From the NCBI RefSeq assembly GCF_009914755.1, contig NC_060939.1: a stretch of 64,000 bases of DNA; one strand, written 5' to 3'. This DNA is from the human T2T-CHM13v2.0 reference genome, Homo sapiens. A program made the translations under genes and the position numbers. Positions 56,859-64,000 of this stretch are shown here, piece by piece (positions within the stretch are counted from its first letter, which is position 1; each line of letters begins with the position of its first letter). The notes beneath the pieces are model-generated. The model saw only the letters and a program-made list of their open reading frames with translations. It had not been told where the DNA came from and did not search any database.

Positions 56859-57878
56859 CTTTATACCTTTAGATAGGCTACAAAAGTGTTTGAGACTTCA
56901 TTTGACTTGACTTTGAATTTTAGTATGTGCTTCTTAGATGTATCAGTCTGGGAATCCCAGGTCCTTCTATCTGCAGCCAAGTGCACTACACTCCTGTTTG
57001 CAGTGACAATCCTCCTAATATTGTGAAGGCTGCTTCTTAGTTTTCAGTCAACATCTAGAGCAAGCCCAGGAGACTTGGGATTAAGGAATAGGAGTGTAAG
57101 AGTTAAAACGTCATAAATGTGAAAGTCAGGTACAGCTCCGGAAACTAGCAGAAGGGAAGCACAGGGAAAAATATTTCCTCATCTCAGATAAAAGGGAGAC
57201 AAGAGAGACTGTCAAATTGGTGCAACCAGAAAAATATGCTCACACAACTCATAAAAAGTTTTAAAGGCAAAAGAAGTAAAAATCAGACCATAACTAAGAA
57301 AAATTGAGAGGGAGTGGAAAGAGAGAAGAGGCAAGGAATAATAGAAAGTATCTAAATCAAGAAACGAGGGATAGAAGATCCTCCAGAGGAACAGAAGAAG
57401 AAACAGAAACAAGAGCTGGCTTTGAGCAGGCATCCCAGATGTTGGTTTGACATGGGGCAGACTTTTGTTTTCATTTCTTTGTTTAGTTTTTGTGTGCAAA
57501 TGTACATTTGACTCCAATGATAGTACAGATTTTGAAAGGTAGAGATAAACACTGGCAGGACCCTGGCCCATGGAATTAGGAAACTTCCAAGCCTCACTCT
57601 CCAGCCCTCCTGCCCCCACCAGGTCTGCCCAGTGCTATGTGCTCCCTAAGCCCCCTCTTCCCCACAAACTGCCTTCTGTCTTTTTTAACTGCTGTTGCTT
57701 TAATGTTTGTTTTGTCTGATATAAAAATAGTTACTCCTACTCACTTTTGGTCTCTATTTGCACGGAATATCTTTTTCCACCCCTTTACCTTAAGTTTATG
57801 TGAGTGCTTATGTGTTAGCTGAGTCTCCTGAAGACAGCAGAAACTTGGTTGGTAAATTTGTATCCATTCTGCCATTCC

Positions 57879-58170
57879 TTTTTGTTTGTTTGTTTGTTTT
57901 GAGATGGTGTCTCACTCTGTCACCCAGGCTGGGGTGCAGTGGCATGATCTCAGCTCACTGTAATCTCCATCCTGGGTTCCAGTAATTCTCCCACCTCAGT
58001 CTCCTGAGTAGCTGAGATTACAGGCATGCACCCACATGACCAGCTAATTTTTTTGTATTTGGGTTTTCACCATGTTGGCCAGGCTGTTCTCGAACTCCTG
58101 ACCTCAGGTGATACACCTGTCTTGGCCTCCCAAAGTGCTGGGATTACAGGCATGAGCCACTGCACTGGGC
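57879..58170 (-). mobile_element. AluS
   Basis: (TTTG)n tail; ggccaggctgttctcgaactcctgacctcagg. Confidence 0.93.
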
Positions 58171-58182
58171 CCATTCTGTATC

Positions 58183-58487
58183 TTTTTTTTTTTTTTTTTT
58201 TTGAGACAGAGTCTCGCTCTGTCGCCCAAGCTGGAGTGCAGTGGCATGATCTGGGCTCAGTGCAACCTCCGCCTCCTGGGTTCACACCGTTCTCCTGCCT
58301 CAGCCTCTCACAGGCTGAGGGCGCCCAACAACACGCCCGGCTAATTTTTTTCTATTTTTTTGTATTTTTAGTAGAGATGGGGTTTCACCGTGTTAGCCAG
58401 GATGGTCTCGATCTCCTGACCTCATGATCCGCCCGCCTCGGCCTCCTAAAGTGCTGGGATTACAGGCATGAGCCACCGCACCCGGCC
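58183..58487 (-). mobile_element. AluY/Sc with an internal substitution
   Basis: gtgttagccaggatggtctcgatc; TSD ccattctgtatcttt. Confidence 0.93.
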
Positions 58488-60939
58488 CCATTCTGTATCT
58501 TTTAAGTGGAGCATTTAGGCCATTTACATTCAACGTTAGTATTGAGAAGTAAGGTAGTATTCTATTCATCACGCTATTTGTTACTTGAATACTTTGTTGT
58601 TTTTTTCATTGTGCTATTGATATACAGGTCCTGTGAAATTTATGCTTTAAGGGGGTTCTATTTTGGTGTATTTTGAGGATGTGTTTCAAGATTTAGAGCT
58701 CCTTTTAGCAGTTCTTGTAGTGCCAGCTTGGTAGTGGTAGATTCTCTCAGCATTTGTTCGTCTGAAAAAGACTTTATCTTTTCTTCATTTCTGAAGCTTA
58801 GTTTCGCCGGATACAAAATTCTTGGCTGATAATTGTTTTGTTCAAGGAGGCTAAAAATAGGACTCCTATCCCTTCTAGCTTGCAGGGTTTTTGCTGAGAA
58901 ATCTGCTGTTAATCTGACAGGTTTTCCTTTATAGGTTACCTAATGCTTTTGCCTCACAGCTCTTGAGATTCTTTCCTTTATCTTGACTTTTGATAACCTG
59001 ATGACTATGCGTCTAGGTGATGATATTTTTGTGATGAATTGCCCAGGTGTTCTTTGAGCTTCTTGTATTTGGATGTCTAGATCTCTAGCAAGGCCATGAA
59101 AGTTTTTCTCAATTATTCCCTCAAATATATTTTACAGACTTTTAGATTTCTCTTCTTCCTCGGGTACACCAATTATTCTTAGGTTTGGACACTTAACATA
59201 GTCCCAAACTTCCTGGCAGCTTTGTTCATTTTTTAAAATTCTTTATTCTTTGTCTTTGGTGGATGGGGTTAATTCGAAAACCTCGTCTTCGAGCTCTGAA
59301 GTTCTTTCTTCTGCTTGTTCAGTTCTATTGCTGAGACTTTCCAGTGGATTTTGCATTTCTATAAGTGTGTCCTTGATTTCCAGAAGTTGTGATTGTTTTT
59401 TATTTATGCTATCTATTTCACTGAAGATTTTTCCCTTTATGTCCTATATCATGTTTTTGATTTCTTTAAGTTGGACTTCACCTTTCTCTGGTGTCTCCTT
59501 GATAGTTTAATAATCAACTTTCTGATTCTTTGTCTGCCAATTCAGTGATTTCATCTTGGTTTATATCCATTGCTGTTAAACTGGTGTGATTTTTTGGGGG
59601 TGTTAGAGAAGCCTGTTTTGTCATATTACCCGAATTGTTTTCCTGGTTCCTTCTCATTTGGGTAGACTATGTCAGAGGGAAGATCTGGGACTCAAGGGCT
59701 GCTGTTCAGATTCTTTTTTCCCACAGGGTGCTCCCTTTATGTGGTTTTCTCCTCCTTCCCGTAGGGATGGGACTTCCTGAGAGCCAAACCGCTGTGATTA
59801 TTTTTTGCCACTCAGCAGAGCTACCAGGCTCAGGCTGGTACTGGAGAGTGTCTGCAAAGAGTCCTATGATGTGATCTGTCTTCAGGTCTTCAGCTGTGGA
59901 TACCAACACCTGCTCTGGTGGAGGCAACAGGGGAGTGACGTGGACTCTGTGAGGGTCCTTAGTTGTATTTTTGTTTAGTGTGCTGGCTTTGTGCTGATTT
60001 TGTGTTGGTTGGCCTCCAGCCAGGAGGTGGTGCTTTCAAGAGTGCATGAGGTGCATGAGGTGCATGAGGGAGGATGCAAACTTGGCCTAGGGTCACCTGG
60101 TTAAGCATTCAGGTTTCTCAGGTGTTGGGCAGGGCCACAGAGCTCCCAAGAGACTATGGCCTTTTTCTTCAGCTACCAGGGAGGGTAGAGAAAGACTACC
60201 AGGTGGGGACAGGGATAGGCATGTCTGAGCTCAGACTTTCCTGGGGCAGGGCTTGCTGTGGCTGCTGTGGGGGTGTGGCCCCCAGGCCAACGGAGTTATA
60301 TTTCCAGGGAGATTATGGCTGTCTCTGCTGCATTACACAGGTTGCCAGGGAAGTGGGGGAAAACCGGCAATCATAGGCCTCACCCCACTCCCATGCAGCC
60401 GGCAGTCCTAGAGGCCAGTATTACTTCCACTGTGCCCCGGCAACAGCACTGAGTCTACTTCCAGGCAGCTGGTGACCAGGGCTGAGAACTTGCCCCAGAC
60501 CACCAGCCTCCCCACTGAGAAAATAAGCAGACTCATAGTTTTTTGGCATCTCAGGGAGCCTGTAGCAGGGATCCAGTTCCTTCAAAGGGTCTGTGGATTC
60601 TCTTGACTTTCTTGGTAGATTCCTGTGGTACTTCTTGGAGCAGAAGTTCACAATGTGAGTCTCCACACACTGCTCTGTCCGTCCAAGTGGGAGCATTAAG
60701 CTAGTCCTCCTCTCCACCATCTTAATCTCCTTGCTGTCTTGTGAAAAACCATCTCCACGGCTGCCTCCTGCCTCCTCTGCAGGATGTGAAATGGTAGCTG
60801 GCAAGGTGAACACGAGCACCGCAGCTCCAGCCAATCCTGCGTTGCCACCAAATGACCCTGAACACTGGTGTCCCTCTTCTGCAAGCCCCTCTGAGCCCAT
60901 CCATCAAGATACACTTCTTGATTCTCCACCCCCATCCAG

Positions 60940-61095
60940 TCCCAGAGACCATCTTGTTGCATATTCTATGACAACACATCCTTCTCCTTGCTGGTATTTA
61001 TCACAAATGTAATTATTAACTACATGTGCAATTATTTGTTGAATGTTCTCCATATCCAGCTGGGCTGAAGACAGAGAGACGGTGTCTGGCTCATA
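60940..61095 (+). mobile_element. L2 3' fragment
   Basis: ttatcacaaatgtaattatt...tatttgttgaatgttctcc resembles the L2 3' region. Confidence 0.45.
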
Positions 61096-63030
61096 GACAG
61101 CTGGACCTGCCACTCCTCCCCGATGCCTGTGATACAGGGAGGACTCAATCAGTGCCTGTTACTGGAAGGAGCGAATCCTGCTGGCAGGCAGGCCTCAGCA
61201 CAGGGCCTGGCACTGCTCTGCTGCAAGACTCAGTACCTGCATCAAGGCACACAGGGAGAGAGGTCGTCAGAGTGTTTGGGGGTAAGATGATCTTTGAGCC
61301 TCAAGGTGACAGTCTGTCTGGATTGCTAACAACTTTGGCAGTGGAAAGGGGATGTTGCAGGCTGAGTCTGTCCATCTTCCTAGTGATGTCCTGTCACATC
61401 CTCCATATGGGCAACAAAAACTGTTTTCAGGGACATATCAGAGGAGCTGTTTCCAATTTTGTGAAAATTACCTTTGAGATTCCAATCTGAGCTGGGAAAT
61501 CATTTGACAAACATCAGTGGGGATGGATGTGCCAGCACTTCAATGACAAAATCAGATGGATCCCTGGGGCCAAAATATAAGCAGCAGCCAGGACTGGCCC
61601 TGGGCCCCCTGTTGTCCTGTGTGGATGCTGGGTTGCCATAATCAACAACATAGTGGCCACACTTTAGAAAACTACTGGAATGAAATGATGAAGGGAATGA
61701 ATGGGCTGGGAGGCAGTGTAGACCTTCACTATGGAAATTCAGGCAGATCTTCCAATTATAGGCAGGCTTGGTGCCTGTTCTCATGCAGAGCACGCTGCAA
61801 GCAGAGACTCCGAATACAGTCATTGAAACAGCTCTGGAGACACAAGCATAAAGCAGAAAAAAACTGATTTGAGTGTCATGTGCAGACAGAGGTGAGGTTT
61901 AGGCCACAAGAGAGAATAAGCTCTCCGAGAGAAAGAGAGGCAGAACCTTGCAAAGTATACCTGTGACCTTGTAGAATAGTACTAGGGCAAACCTCCCAGG
62001 TTGCTGAACACTGAACCGTTAGTGAGGAAATAAATGTTTTTCAAGAATCACAGTGGAAGTGAGGCTGAAGGCCCACATTTCATTAGACAGAAGAGCACAC
62101 TCCTCCCGTGCCCCTATGAAATGTAATGTCTGATGAAGCCCAGCAAGAATTTTACTGACCCTTTGGGGCTTTGCAATTTGGCTGAAACAGGTTGTGAAGT
62201 CAGCAGCCATTTTCTTCAGCCTTCACAACCTGAAAATCTTTCACTCAATCCAGAAAGGATAGGAATGAGAGGGTGAGGATTTGTGAGCGAGCTTCTCAAT
62301 CATAGCAAGTTAACCAGATTCGAAATGGAGGAACGTGAGTCTCTCACGCACCAGTCTTAGGTACAGATTTTGCATCTGGCTTTTCAACAACTGTGCAGAA
62401 CTTCAGAGGTCCCTTCTCTCTTCTGTAAGCCACGGGTCTTCCAGCACCAGCTGACCAAGAGCCACTGAATTTTTATATTTCTGATATCTCATTTTTGATA
62501 AATTTTTTGCCTTTGGAGGGTTATTTATGTGTTTATTATTTCTACGGTGACAAAAGTGATGAAGGATCTTATGGGATTTTAAAAGAATGCCCTTTGGAGG
62601 CTATTTTGATTACCAAAAAGATTGAACAGGAGAATGGGCTGTTTAAGAAAAGCCCAAAAGTTCTCATGGTAACTAGAGCTGTTATTGACAGAAGGGGATT
62701 GGAGATGGAGGTATCTCTGCCCAAATTAACCCATTAACATATCAAATCCTTTAAAAGAAAAAAAAAGTCCTACATGATTCAATATTTGAGAATATTTTCT
62801 CATACAGATGGTATAGGAGGGTTCGGGTAAAATAAACAGAACAACAGCGAAGCCCCAGGAACCCGGACCTCATGGCGAAATTCACACCCTTTTTGAGTTT
62901 TTGTCCATTCTGCAGCTCTGAGGGCCCCCCCACCTCCACGCGCCTCTGTCAGGTTAGAAAGCAGAAGGGTCTTCCAAGCCCAGGGCTTGGCTGGACTTCA
63001 GCTGTGCGGGGATGCGGAGCTGCAGGAGAG

Positions 63031-63049
63031 GGGCGCCCTCTGGTGGCCG
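63031..63049 (-). promoter_or_regulatory. CTCF binding motif
   Basis: Minus strand CGGCCACCAGAGGGCGCCC versus consensus TGGCCACCAGGGGGCGCTA; in non-repeat, CpG-richer DNA. Confidence 0.75.
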
Positions 63050-63652
63050 CTACGGGCTGTGCTGAGGCCGAGTGGATGGGAAATGGGCAAAGGGGCCTAG
63101 AAAACCCTTCCTGCAGACTCGCGGAAGGAGGAAAGTAGGGAGGCATGATGAGAGCGCTCATGAGAGATGAGTGGTAACCACAGCTGTGGCCAAGCCGCTT
63201 TTTTACAAGACTGAGATTCCCCCAGGGCCTCGGGTCACCCTGGCTTTCCTCAAGACACCCCCGACCCAGCCCTACTCCCTGAGGTCCTGAAGGGACCTCT
63301 GGGGTCCTGGTTGGTACGGATTCTGCTTGATTCGTGTCGGGGTTGATGCTTGTCCCATGTGGTGGTTAAGGATTTGGGACGTGAATCCCTGGGGAAGTTG
63401 GTGTTTGGGACAGATTGGAAGAGGTGAAGAAGGAAGGAGAGGAACTGTTACACTCAGAAAAGGAGGCAGACAGAGTAGTAAAAAGAACCGGGCGCTCCCA
63501 GGCTGAGCTGAGACCTGGCCTCTGTGTGTGGCGCTGGCTATGCTCCCAGCGAGGATGGAGAGCCTGCCCTTGGCACTCTCTGGACACTTCCAAGGGGGGA
63601 CGCGTCCATCCATCCCGCGTGTCTGTGTTACGGTCCACATGGTGGGGCATAC

Positions 63653-63860
63653 CTGGACACCTCTACACGATCTGGCACATATGTCATCAAACTCCTTAGG
63701 ATGGATTCTGAGCCTCCTCCGGGTAGCTCCTGGGGAGACGGGAGTCCCTGCCTCAGCAGCGCCAGGCGGCACAGGTGCGGGAAGATCTGGACACACTGGG
63801 CTGCAGCAAAGGCGCTCTTCGCTGGACCTGTCAATGTCTGTGTCTAAGGCAAGGAGCAAG
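63653..63860 (-). other. Candidate spliced exon (208 nt) of an unidentified transcript
   Basis: About 60 nt pyrimidine tract ending ...ccccctcctacCAG at 63861-63863 and a CAG|GTATGC donor at 63652; one frame stays open across it. Confidence 0.3.
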
Positions 63861-64000
63861 CTGGTAGGAGGGGGAGGGCGACGGAAAAGAAGAGCCAGGA
63901 GAAAGGGCAGTGCAGGAAAGGGAAACAGATCCTAGGCACAGGGACCCAGGACATGCCCTCCTGGAAGAAAGATGAGGACCAAGAGAACAAGTGCTAAAGA

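Larger units (their letters stand above)
57673..60727 (-). mobile_element. L1PB-like 5' portion (5'UTR, internally deleted ORF1, start of ORF2) with two Alus
   Basis: cttcaaagggtctgtggattctct and ccatctt at the 5' end; gagctctgaagttctttcttc (ORF1); tctcctgaagacagcag (ORF2 start). Confidence 0.85.

Noticed and set aside
61026-61490. 154-aa ORF
   Set aside because: Begins in an L2-like fragment, non-ATG start, no recognisable domain.

Overview
Primate (very likely human) genomic DNA, intergenic or deep intronic, mostly filled with decayed transposable elements: about 15 Alus, many L1 fragments, a 5'-truncated ERV-L/MLT2 provirus, a two-LTR MSTA (MaLR) element, several solo LTRs, Tigger and hAT DNA-transposon relics, MIR/L2 and microsatellites. 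I cannot identify any intact protein-coding gene, RNA gene or CRISPR array; most ORFs in the track come from repeats or chance. I see no convincing new biological system. The most unusual signals are: (i) four apparent template-switch scars (a ~82 bp copy of nearby L1 sequence inside a (TA)n tract; a composite insert splitting an AluJ; two fold-back hairpins in Tigger2a and an Alu); (ii) a possible ~19 kb nested insertion cluster; (iii) a young AluYe-like insertion; (iv) a GC/CpG-richer right end with a near-consensus CTCF site and a candidate 208-nt minus-strand exon. Repeat subfamily names are from recalled consensus sequences, not a search, and boundaries of old repeats are approximate.
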